Source: Sphyrna mokarran (Eukaryota). Taken from it: a stretch of DNA of 64,000 bases. The stretch is from NCBI GenBank assembly GCA_024679065.1, contig JAGIQG010000009.1:91388001-91452000 (forward strand). Direction: 5' to 3'. Below the pieces are notes generated by a model. It worked only from the letters and a program-made list of their open reading frames with translations, was not told where the DNA came from and did not search any database. Positions 24,060-35,580 of the stretch are shown one piece after another (the first letter of the stretch is position 1; every line of letters starts with the position of its first letter). The translations under genes were made by a program, and so were the position numbers.

Positions 24060-25175
24060 TTCCAGGTGGGACAGCTGCCAGGATGTGACAGATGGACATT
24101 CACCCTTGCAGCATGACTGAAGAAGTTCCATTTTCTTGCGGCATTGGGTGACAGTCCTCAGCGTCAGGTCGTGGGTGCCATGGTTGCCCCATCCCAGGAT
24201 GTATTCAAGTTCCTGCTTCTGGATAGCCTACCCTCTCGGCGGTTCAAGATGGCCTGCCTCTACTCCATGGCATCCAGCAGACATCATAGCTCTGGCTCGG
24301 TGAAGTGTGAGGCTGCTGTCTGTGCTGCCATCCTCCTTGTGTGACTGGCTGTGAGTGCACCTTGAATCCAACTCCTCTGGGTTAGCAGCACATTGCTGCG
24401 GCCATTCTGAGCGAGTCACACACCACAGTATGCAGCAAACTACCTCGCCTTCAGGAGAACACCACAACACACAACCCTGCAACAGCAACCTCTGCAAGAT
24501 ATACCAAATCATTGATACAGATGCCATCATCTCGTGTAAGAGCACCATCCACCAGATACGTGGTACATATTTTTACGACTCAGCCAATATTGTCTACCTG
24601 ATGCATTGCAGGAAGGGATGTCTCACGCAAGGTACCTTCATGAGACCATGCAGACATTATATCAATGAATAAATCCACAATCACGCAGCAGAAGTATTCT
24701 CTTCCTGTTGGGGAACACTTCAGCAGTAAAGGGCATTCAGACTCTGATCTTCGGGTAAGCATTCTCCAAGGCGGCCTTCAAGACACACAATAACGCAGAA
24801 TCGCCAAGCGAAAATTGATAGCCAGATTCTGCACACATGAGGGTGGCCTCAACTGGGATCTTGGCTTCATGTCACACTATCTATAACCCCCGCGATTTGC
24901 CCAGGCTTGCAAAATCTCATCCACTGTCCTGGCTTGAGACAATTCACACCTCTTTAACCTGTGCTTAACCCTCTCTCCCACTGGCATTGTCTACACCTGT
25001 AAAGACTCGATTACCTGTTAAACTCGCATTCCATCTTGTAATTGACTTTGTGTCTATATATGCCCTATTTGTGAAACAAATCCTGCACTCACCTAATGAA
25101 GAAGCGATACTCTGAAAGCTCGTGCTATCAAATAAACCTGTTGGACTTTAACCTGGCATTGAGAGACTTCTCATG
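24060..25175 (+). mobile_element. Penelope-like element fragment
   Basis: ORF 24355-24672 has PCNSNLCK...ANIVYLMHCRKGC; tail homologous to 8400-8820. Confidence 0.85.
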
Positions 25176-25321
25176 CTATCTAACCTGAGACACACCCGGT
25201 CTATCAGTAACTTGGGACAGTGACCTGAACAAACATCACCCATTTCAAACTCTCACCAAAAGATTCAAATTCACCCCAGAGAGAGAGAAAGTGAGAATGG
25301 GAGAGTGAATTCTGTACTTAC

Positions 25322-25373
25322 CGGGAGAGACCCAGGAAAAACACAGGGAGATGGAGAAAAGGATCAGCAACAT
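25322..25373 (-). CDS. Gene B exon 1, signal peptide
   Basis: Identical 52-nt leader with intact G|GTAAGT. It is the only leader between the gene B body and gene C, implying an ~11.7-kb TE-filled intron 1. Confidence 0.87.
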
Positions 25374-25438
25374 TCTGGGAATCCACTGTCCCAATTCCAA
25401 TCAGTGACTGGGAATTAAACACTCTGAGGGTGAAACAA

Positions 25439-25690
25439 CTTGATAAACTTGGGGGAAAAACACGAAAAAACAAAAACTTTATCCAGACTCCATTTTCCCG
25501 TCAGTGACGAAGTTTGCTCATTCCCTTATTGCAAAATCAGAGAATGACTGATTGGTTGGTCTCAAAAAATTAACCAATGAAAGAGATAAACAGTCGGTCT
25601 GTCACTAGTTACCAGGAAGATAAACTCAGACATGCTCAGACTGAAAAAAATCTAATCTTTACCCAGCACTTTTCACAAAGTGAAACCTCC
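25439..25690 (-). promoter_or_regulatory. Gene B promoter (ISRE, X1/X2, Y, CCAAT; variant S box and TATA)
   Basis: ISRE 25677-25687; X about 25598-25615; Y 25574-25578; CCAAT 25551-25555. TATA reads TATCAAG and the S position reads GAGCAT. Confidence 0.78.
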
Positions 25691-26689
25691 CCACGGACAG
25701 CTTTATAAAACAAAGATTGACTCAGAGACACACACAGCTCAGTGCATAAAAACTGTCCCAAAGTTAGCAGGTTTTAAAGAGAGGCTGCAGAGAGGTGTAG
25801 GGAGGGATTACAGAGTGAAGGACCGAGGTTACTGAAGGCACATTCCCCAGTGTGGGGGAGATTCTAATCTCTGAGACTGGAGATATCAGAATGAGAGGAA
25901 CACAGAGATCCCACAGAGTTTGTGAAACTGGGGGAGATTACAGAAATAGGAAGGTATGAGGACATGGGGAGATTTCAATTTTAAAATTTAGGTGTTGTTT
26001 CACTGGGAAATGTGTGTTCAGTGGGCACAGGAATGGGACATTTCGGAGATCCCAGTGTGGCACTTCACTCAATTCATTGCACTTTCTTTATACAAGGAAC
26101 ACTGGTGTGAAACACATCTTCCCATTACACCCAATGAAGTTAACACCATCACATCCCCTTACTCTGTGTCTCACTTCCTCCTCAAACTCCCCTCCAGTTG
26201 GTGTCATTCACTCCCCTTCTGTCAGTCTCACTCCCTCCCCTCACTCTTCTGTTAGTCTCATTCCCTCCCTTCATTTTCCTCCTGTCAGTCTCACTCCCTC
26301 CCCTCACTCTCCTGTCAGTTCAGGGCTGGTTTTAAATGAAACCCAGACACAGAGTCTCAAACAACAGGGAGCCCAAAATGATGAGTGAGTCTCTCGTGGC
26401 CAATTAAGGACAGAACTATTTTGAAGTCCCAGTCTGACCTCCCCATTTCCCTCTCTCTCATCCTCCTCCATCACTCTGCCCTCCCTCACTCCCCTTCACC
26501 CCATTTCCCCACACCTTACCCTTCATCACCCTTCAACCCATCACTTCTCCCTCATTCTATCTCCCCCCCTTTATTCCACCCCATTTGTTGCCGTCCATTC
26601 CCCTTCCTTCATCCCATCCTTCCTCCCTCCACTCCATCAATCCCAAGCCCCCTCCACACTTCCATCCCAGTATGTAAACACTGATTGAA

Positions 26690-27215
26690 AAAACATAGAA
26701 ACAGAGAACAGTACAGCACAGTCCAGGCCCTTTGCCCTCAATATTGTTCCAAGCTATACCCAAACCCAAGATCAAGTTTATCCCAATCATTTTGGTGTGC
26801 TCCATGTGCCTATCCAATAACTGCTTGAAAGTCCAACTCCACTATTACAGCAGATAGTGCATTCCACACCCCAACCACTCTCTGAATGAAGAATCTACCT
26901 TGGACATCCCTCCTATATCTCCCACCATGTACCTTAAAGTTATGCCCCCTAGTAATAGCTACATTCACCTGAGGAAATAATCTCTGCACATCCACTCTAT
27001 CAATCTCCCTCATTATCTTATAAACCTCTATTAATTCATCTCTCATCCTCCTCCGCTCTAAAGAGAAAAGCCCCAGCTCCCTCAACCTTTCCTCATAAGA
27101 TCTTACCCTTCAAATCAGGCAGCATCCTGGTAAATCTCCACTACGCTCTGTCCAATGCTTCCACATCCTTATAATGAGGTGACCAGAACTGAACACAATA
27201 CTCCAAATGTGGTCA
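26690..27215 (-). mobile_element. CR1 3' fragment
   Basis: ORF 26810-27085 has LGLFSLERRRMRDELIEVYK; atagaa tail. Confidence 0.88.
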
Positions 27216-27471
27216 TTCAATATGATCATGGCTGATCTATGCTGGCCTCAATTCCCTTTTCTGTGCCATTTCTCCATAGCCCTCTATTCCTCGATTAAAA
27301 TAGTTATCCACTTCCACTTTATATACTTCTAATGTTCCAGCTCCCACCACTCTTTGGGGCAGAGAATTCAAGAGATTCACACCCTCAGCTAGAAGAAATT
27401 TCTCCATGCCGCAGTTTTAAGTGACTTTATGTTGTAGCTATGTCTCCTTGTTTGAAGCTCTCCCATTCATG

Positions 27472-28643
27472 AAATGGACTTTAGTAAGGCGTTTGATAAG
27501 GTGGCCCATGGAAGACTTCTACAGAAAATGCAGATGTGTGGAATAGAGGGTGATTTAGCTAATTGGATTAGGAATTGGCTGGCAGATAGAAGACAGAGGG
27601 TGGTGGTTGATGGGAGATATTCATCGTGGAGTTCGGTGACGAGTGGTGTGCCTCAGGGGTCTGTTTTGGGGCCCCTGCTGTTTGTAATTTTTATAAATGA
27701 TCTGGATGAGGGTATTGAGGGATGGATCAGTAAATTTGCAGATGATACTAAAGTTGGTGGTGTGGTAGATAGTGAAGAGGGGTGTTTTAGTTTACAGAGT
27801 GACTTGGACAAGTTGCAGAGCTGGGCCGAGAGGTGGCAAATGGAGTTTAATGTGGAAAAGTGTGAGGTAATGCACTTTGGCAGGAACAATAAATGTGTAG
27901 AGTATAGGGCTAATGGTAGGGCTCTTAATAGTGTTGAGGAACAGAAGGATCTTGGTGTATGTGTCAATAGATCCCTGAAAGTAGGCAGTCAAGTGGATAA
28001 AGTTGTTAAGAAGGCATATGGAGTCTTAGCTTTTATTGGTAGGGGGATTGAATTTAGGAGCCGCAGCATCATGTTGCAGCTGTACAAAACTCTAGTGCGG
28101 CCGCACTTGGAGTATTGTGTGCAGTTCTGGTCGCCACATTATAAGAAAGATGTGGAGGCATTGGAGAGGGTACAGAGGAGGTTTACCAGGATGTTGCCTG
28201 GTATGGAGGGCAGGTCCTATGAAGAGAGGTTGAAGGATTTGAGGTTGTTTTCGTTAGAAAGGAGGCGGCTAAGAGGGGATCTTATTGAAGCATATAAGAT
28301 GATTAGAGGTTTAGATAGGGTGGACAGTGATAGCCTTTTTCCTAGGATGGAGAAAGCTAGCACGAGGGGACACAGCTTTAAATTAAGGGGTATGAGTTAT
28401 AGGACGGATATCAGAGGTAGGTTCTTTACTCAAAGAGTGATTAGGGAGTGGAATGCCCTGCCTGCAGCTGTTGTAGATGCGCCAAGTTTGGTGGCGTTTA
28501 AGAGGTTAATTGATAAGTATATGGAAGAGAAGGGAATGGTTTAGTTTGGAGGGGCATTGCTTTTTATTTTGGTCGGCACAACATCGAAGGCCGAAGGGCC
28601 TGTTCTGTGCTGTATTGTTCTATGTTCTATGTTCTATGTTCTA
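27472..28643 (+). mobile_element. Young 5'-truncated CR1 LINE with an uninterrupted 356-aa RT C-terminal ORF
   Basis: ORF 27474-28544 (DFSKAFDKV, GVPQGSVLGP, FADD); (atgttct)n tail; inserted in an older antisense CR1. Confidence 0.96.
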
Positions 28644-30394
28644 TCTCATCATCTACCCTATCAAACCCACTCCAGATCTTATATGTTTGATTAAGGTCAT
28701 CCCTCACTCTTCCAAACTCTAAGGAATATAGACCCAGACTATTTAGTTTCTCATTTCAGGAATTAATCTAGTGAACCTCCTTTGCGCTATCTCCTTTTGT
28801 AGGTAAGGGACCAAAACTGTACACAGTTTTCAAGGTGAGGCCTGGACAATTGTAACAAAACCTTTTCTAAACCTTTTTAACCTATTTTTAAACTCCAACC
28901 ACTTTGCGATAAAGGCCAAAATGCCATCGGACTTCTTAGCCACATGTTGGATTTGCTTGTTAGCTTTTTGTGATTCATATACTAGAATACCTAGATCCCT
29001 CTGTACTTCACCCACCTCCAGTCTCGCTTCAGTTAGATAATAATCTGCCTTTTGATTCCTCCACTAAAGTGCATGTACTCACATAAAAATGGGTTCAAAT
29101 TTCAGTTATAATGAATCGTTGGTTGAAATAAGTTGTAGGCAAGAAAAAAATGTCATTTACATAAATAGTTAGAAAGTAACCTCAAAAATAAATATTCCAC
29201 AAAGTATATAACTTCCACAATATATAAAACAAGATTGCTATGAGGTACAGGTGAAGTTAACTGAAGCCACAATTGAATCACAAAAATGTATTGGGAAAAA
29301 AATGGATCAAGTGGCATTCCTACAGTAAAACTTTGCATGTTCTGTTAACTGTCAGAATAACGACATAGGCCCTGTGAAAGATTTAGGATCATGGTTAGGA
29401 TTACTGAGTAGGATATGGCTGAAATGTAAACATATATGTTTTTAATTCATTTTCACTGTTGAGGATTATAGGTAGAAATGCCTTAGGCATTGACTTTTTG
29501 AACGTAATGCATAAATGGCCTTAGCTTGGTTTGAGGAACTGGAATTGATCAGGTTACTGGAATTGATAATATTTAACCTTGTGGTGTGGAAAATTGGAGT
29601 GATACTGTGCATTAATTTTGCTGTTTGATAGTTCTTTAAGATCTGGACTAATTTGAATTGACTAAAGAATGAATTAGATGCATGAATGCTTGCACATGTG
29701 CCAAGATCCATTCATGAATATCTAGAAACTCAGGAACAAATGTAGGCCATTCAACCAGTTTAGCTTGTTCTCCCATTATAACTGATCTTAACCCTATTTA
29801 AAACTTAACTCTTAATGAATTGTTCACACAATAATGAAATGTTCCTCACTGGATTGTATAGTGTTCCTCACATTATATTTAAAAAAACCACTAAGAATTG
29901 GTACTTCAAGCTACAATCCCTGGGTTTTGGGAAAGCCTTACAGACAATATAAAAGTATTTGTAACAAAAGATTGGGAGCTCTTAGATGGAATTTAAAAAA
30001 TATCATTACTTTGGGTGTAGGAAATTTGTAAATTTTGAAACATAATGAGAGTGAGGAAGTTGTGGAACCATGTGAGGTGGTTTGTGATTTTTGAACAGGG
30101 TACTGCAAAAATGGCTCTTGCACTCGCCAAGATTTGTTTGGGATTGAACAATGTAACTGTTGCAAGTTTGAAAAATGTACCAAAAGCTAAATTGTTGGAA
30201 TTGTTGGCAACATTGCAATTAGAATTATGTACAGGAGCTATGAGGACTGAGGTTATTGAAAAGAGAGCAACACATTTAAATGTGCAAGAGTTGTCAGGCA
30301 GGCCAAGTAGTTTGAAAAGTAAGGAAATTGAATCTCGAGAGCTTGAAGTTTCTAGGTGTTCAGATCACCATCAATTTGTCCTGGTCCCTCCATG

Positions 30395-30960
30395 CCAATG
30401 CTATAATCACCATTATCTCTACTTTCTCAGGAGACAAAGGAAATTTAGCATGTCCACTCTGACTCTCACCCATTTTTATACCTGCATCATAGAAAGCATT
30501 CTTCCAGTTGTATCACAGCTTGGTATGTCTCCTGCTCTGACCAAAACCACAAGAAACTACATAGGGTTGTGAACGATGCGCAGTCCATCACCCAAGCCAA
30601 CCTCCCATCTATTGACTCTGTCTACACTTCTGGCTGCCTCAGAAAAGCAGCCAGCCTAGTCAAGGACCCTATGCACTCTGGACATAGTCTCTTCCACCGT
30701 CCTCCATGGGAAAAAGATGGAGATCACATACCAACCAACTCAAGAATAAATTCTTCCCTGCTGCTGTCAGACTTTTGAATGGACCTCCTTGTATCACTGA
30801 TTTTTCTCTATACCCTATTTGTAATTGTAGTATGATATTCTGCACCCTCTGATTTCCTTCTCCCCTATGAATGTATGCTTTGTCTGTACAGTGCAAGAAA
30901 CAATACTTTTCACTGTATCCAAATACATGTGACAATAATAAGTCAAATCAAATCAAAGAA
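30395..30960 (+). mobile_element. Rex1/Babar-type LINE 3' fragment
   Basis: YLYFLRRQRKFSMSTLTLTHFYTCIIESIL; (aaatc)n tail; homologous to 37680-38231. Confidence 0.8.
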
Positions 30961-32249
30961 TAAAAATTGAGAAATTAGAAATGCAGGAAAAAGAGAGGGA
31001 AAGAGAAGTAAAAAAGAGAGCTATCAAAGGGAATTGGAAATGTGGAGATTAACAGTGGCAGAAAAGAAAGAGGAGAGAATTTTGACTTTAACTGGGGGCA
31101 GGGGGGACAGAGAGACCAGAACAGATGGAAGAAGGAAGTAGTTCTCATAATGAACCGAGCAGTGAGATATTTAGATTTGTGCAGGGACTTCCAAAATTTG
31201 ATGAAATTTGAGTCTCCCTTTTTAACTTCCTTTTTAACTCCTTTGACAAAATAGCCAGGAAAATGAAATCATTGCAATATATTTAGCCACTGCTGTTACA
31301 GAATAAACATGAAATCAGGTCAGTGAAATCTGTACATCTTTCTCAGAGGAATGGTCTGGGGAGTAAGTGAGAATGAAGGAAACTTTACTGAGGCTGACAG
31401 AAGTTTCAAAGTATACATAAACAGTCCAGACAGATTCATATTGAATGTGAAAAAGTTGGGTAAGAGCATTACAATAGAAAAAACTGATGAGGCCCTCAGA
31501 GAAGTCATTCTGTTGGAAGAGTTCAAAGATTCATGATTTGCAGTGATCAGAACTCCTGTGGAGAAACAAAGTCAAACCGCATGGGGGCGACTATGAGTTG
31601 GTTCATAGGTCAAATCCATTTTTCCAATGCATTTTAAATCTGAAAAGGATAGAAAACAGGAAAGTGTGAGCGATTACAGTCAAGCAAGAGAGAAAATGGC
31701 TGAAATTTACAGGGAAACATCATTTAAAAATGGAAAAGATGGTGCTGAAGGAATGGAGGAGTATGACCAGCTGGGATGAAGCGTCATCTAGATTCAAAGC
31801 ATTGGCTCTATTCTCTCTCCACAGATACTGTCAGACCTTCTGAGATTTTCCAGCATTTTCTGTTTTTGTTTCAGTTTCCAGCATTTGCAGTATTTTGCCT
31901 TTGTCTTATATAACTGCAGTTAAATGTAATTCATTATAATAAACTGGGTCACACTAAATCCAGGTTGGGCCAAAGTAAATTGCCCCGTAGTTTCCAAAGA
32001 TGTATAGGTTAGGGTTATGAGTCATGGTAAATATATGGGGTTATAGGGATAGGCTGGGAGAATGGAGGCTGGCCTGGGCCAGGTGCTCTTCCAGAGAGTT
32101 GGTGCAGATTCAATGGGCTGAATAGTCTCATTCTGCAATGTAGAGATTCTATGATTCCATGATTCTGCTGGGGGTTAAACACGAAGCCAGTTAGAGTTAT
32201 ATATTTTAAGAAAGAAATAACTAAATTAGAGACTGAAGAACAAGACTGC

Positions 32250-33360
32250 ATGGTAGCTTGTTGCATAAAGTTAAATCTCATGGGATCCAGGGCGAGGTAT
32301 CTAGATGGATAAAGGATGGTTGTAGAGAGTTATTTTTCAAACTGGAGGCCTGTGACCAGCAATGTGCCTCAGCAATTGGTGCTGGGCCCACTGTTACTTG
32401 TCATTTATATTAATGATTTGGATGAGAATATAGGAGGCATGATTAATAAGTTTGCAGATGACACCAAGATTGACAGCTTAGTGGACAGTGAAGAAAGTTA
32501 TTTCCAACTGCCACAAAATCTTGATCAATTGGGCCAGTGGGCTGACAAATAGCAGATGGAGTTTAATTTAAACAAATGTGAGGTGATGCATTTTGGTAGA
32601 TTGAAGCAGGGCAGGACTTACTCAGTTAATGGTAGGGCGTTAGAGACAGTAACAGAACAAAGAGATCTAGGGGTACATATTCATAGCTCCTTGAAAGTGG
32701 AATCATAGGTGGATAAAGTGATGAAGGCATTCAGTATGCTTGGTTTCATTGGTTTGAACACTGAATACAGAAATATGACATCTTGTTAAAGTTGTACAGG
32801 ACATTGGTAAGGCCACACTTGGAATACTGTGTACAAGTCTGGTCACCCTATAATAGAAAGGATATTATTAAACTAGAAAGAGTGCAGAAAAGATTTACTA
32901 GGATGCTACCAGAACTTGATGGATTGAGTTATAAGGAAAGACTAAATAGACTGGGACTTTTTTTTAAGCATAGGAGGCTGAGGAGTGATCTTATAGAGGA
33001 CTATAAAATAACGAGGGGCATAGATAGATCGTCAATATCTTTTCCGAAAGGTAGAGGAGTCTAAAACTAGAGGCCATAGGTTTAAAGTGAGAGGGGGGAG
33101 ATACAAAAGTGTCCAGAGGGGCAATTTTTTCACACAGAGAATGGCTGCAACAAGCTGCCAGAGGTAGGAGTAGAGGCGCGTAAATTTTATCTTTTAAAAA
33201 GTATTCAGATAGTTACATAGGTACGATGACTATAGAGAGATATGGGCCAAATGTGGGCAACTGGGGCTTTTTAAAAAAAGAACAGGTCAGCATGGCCAAG
33301 TTGAGCCAAAAGGCTGTAACCCTCTAAGTCATAGAGTCCTTCTAAGACTCTATGACTCTA
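32250..33360 (+). mobile_element. CR1 LINE fragment
   Basis: ORFs 32316-32552 (NKFADDTK) and 32783-33064. Confidence 0.9.
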
Positions 33361-33689
33361 AGAGAAGATGATAGAGTTCATACACAGAAAAGGATAACCA
33401 ATAGGGGTAAAAATGTGGGCACAAGTTGTTCAGGGACAGAATGACCTACGGGCGGCTGATGTATTTTGGAATTTTGCATGTGAAGAGAAAGTCTTTCCAT
33501 GTGTACAAAATGGAATGGGGAAAGAAACTAATATCCAAAGAGGTAAAGGAATCAGTCAATTCCTAATATTTGGGAAAAACGTGATTGTTATCCAGAAGGG
33601 ATATTGAGGGAAAAGATTCTGGTTAGCCGTATTCACGGTGAGACAAAAGAAATTCCTTTTTTTGAATTTATTTTTTATTGTCTATTGTA

Positions 33690-33945
33690 TGCTTACATTA
33701 ACACTGCAATGAAGTTACTGTGAAATTTCCCTAGTTGCCACACTCCTTGCCTGTTTGGGTACACTGAGGGAGAATTGAGCACGGCCAGTGCACCTACCCA
33801 GCACGTCTTTCGGACTGCAGGAGGAAACTCATGCAGACACGGGGTGAATGAGCAAACTTCACACAGACAGTCACCCAAACTGGGAATTAAATCTGGGTCC
33901 ATGGTGCTGCGAGGCAGCAGTACTAACCATTGTGCCACTGTACTG
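33690..33945 (-). mobile_element. tRNA-derived SINE
   Basis: Same family as 15383-15665. Confidence 0.8.
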
Positions 33946-34859
33946 TCCCACAATGAAAAAAGTGAAAATAAATTTATGGAGTAGCTTGACGATGGGTTGT
34001 CTGAGTTATAGAAACATTGCTCATTGCAGAGATTCAATTCATTATCAGAATGATATAATCAGGTTACAAATAGTAGTGATGCCTACTGTGGTTAAATGGT
34101 CAGTACAAAATCCAGCTACAAAAGAATTGCAACAGACCACCCCAGCATGTTTCGTGATTGTGTTACAATTAGATTGCAGGCACATCAAATAAAACAGGAA
34201 AAGTAAAAAGTACAGGATGAGTAAAGACAGTTAAGAGTATCTGACGTGATCTTTAGTAAGCTGAATGAAGATGGAACCGTGAAGGGAAAGAAACAGATGT
34301 GTTTTGCTCAAAGAGATTGATAATATTTGTATTTATAGATAACGTAGAACACTAGTGAGGGGAAAGAGGGAGAGAGACAACTACCATCAGAACCACAGCA
34401 GTGGAACATACAATTTCCTGAAAATCGGAACCAGTTTCCGCCCTCACTGAACCTGAAGACTATTCCCCCACCTATTCCACCTTAATGTAGGAGTGGTAAT
34501 TATTTACTGGATTTAACTCATCAAGTTATTTAATATTGGATGTCGACTGTCTCAAATATTTACGTAACGTAGGTGTTTTGGGAACCATGGAATAGTTTTG
34601 TGTTACAATATGTGTATACAATCATCGGTCTACTTAAGAGGGGCAATCCTTTCTTGCCTTGGAGGTTTTATTGTATTTCTTTTAAGCTAATAAATATTCT
34701 TTATTAATTGTTCACGCACTGACTGGACTGTTCCTCACTGGGTTGTACTTCACTCCTCCCATTACAAAATACACAACTGAGAACTACTGACCAGAGTTAC
34801 CCTTTTTAGATTTTGGCATGGCATCGCATTTAATATCAGTATGGTTTGTAACAGAGAGA

Positions 34860-35215
34860 ATGTGTGTGAAAGGAGTAGGAAACAGTGAGTATGTATGAGT
34901 GGTGTGGCAGAGAGAGAGAGTGTGAAAGGAGTTGGGAAGAGAGAATGTGAGGGATAGTGGGGAGAGAGTGTGAGAGGTGAGGGGAGAATGTGTGAGGGGT
35001 GGGGAAAGAATATGTGAGGTGGGGGTGTGGATGAGGGGTGAAGATAGAATATGTGAGGGGTGGAGGAGGAGAACATGTGTGGGTGGGGTGAGGATAAGGG
35101 GTGAGGATAGAATGTGTGAGGGGTGGAAGAGAATATGTGAAGGGTAAGGGTAGAATGTGTGAAGGATGGGAGAGAATGTGTGGAGGGTGGAGTGAGAATG
35201 TGTGAGCGGTGAGGG
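34860..35215 (+). repeat. Degenerate GA/GT-rich minisatellite
   Basis: Repeated agaatgtgtgaggggtgg-like units. Confidence 0.75.
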
Positions 35216-35580
35216 TAGGGAGGACAGTCCTCCCACAATCCCTTTCAGCTTGCCTGGTTGTAAGAGCAGACATAGTTTGCCTTGTAGATGGACATTCCCC
35301 TCCCCTCACCACACACCACCTTCATCCCCATAATGATGGCCTGGCTTCTTTCCTGGTTTATTTTGATGTTTTTCTGAAGTGACTAACATGGACCTTCCTG
35401 TTGAAGCAGTTTCTCAGTTACACACCCTGTATTTTGACAAGCTGGGTGCTTGTCAAAAGCTGGAGGAATCGGGATTGGCTATTGGGGAACCTGTCCACTG
35501 TTCTTAATTGTGAGGGAAATGTAAATGTTTCCCACAAAAAATCCTAAACTGTGACTTTTATCATACACCTCTCTTTGTAG

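Larger units (their letters stand above)
30090..33660 (+). mobile_element. Decayed Gypsy gag/protease region with nested LINE fragments
   Basis: ALREVILLEEFKDS (ORF 31351-31536), similar to the gag at 19709-20044. Confidence 0.6.

Noticed and set aside
27474-28544. Host reverse transcriptase gene
   Set aside because: It is a 5'-truncated CR1 copy with a typical tail, lacking the endonuclease and promoter.
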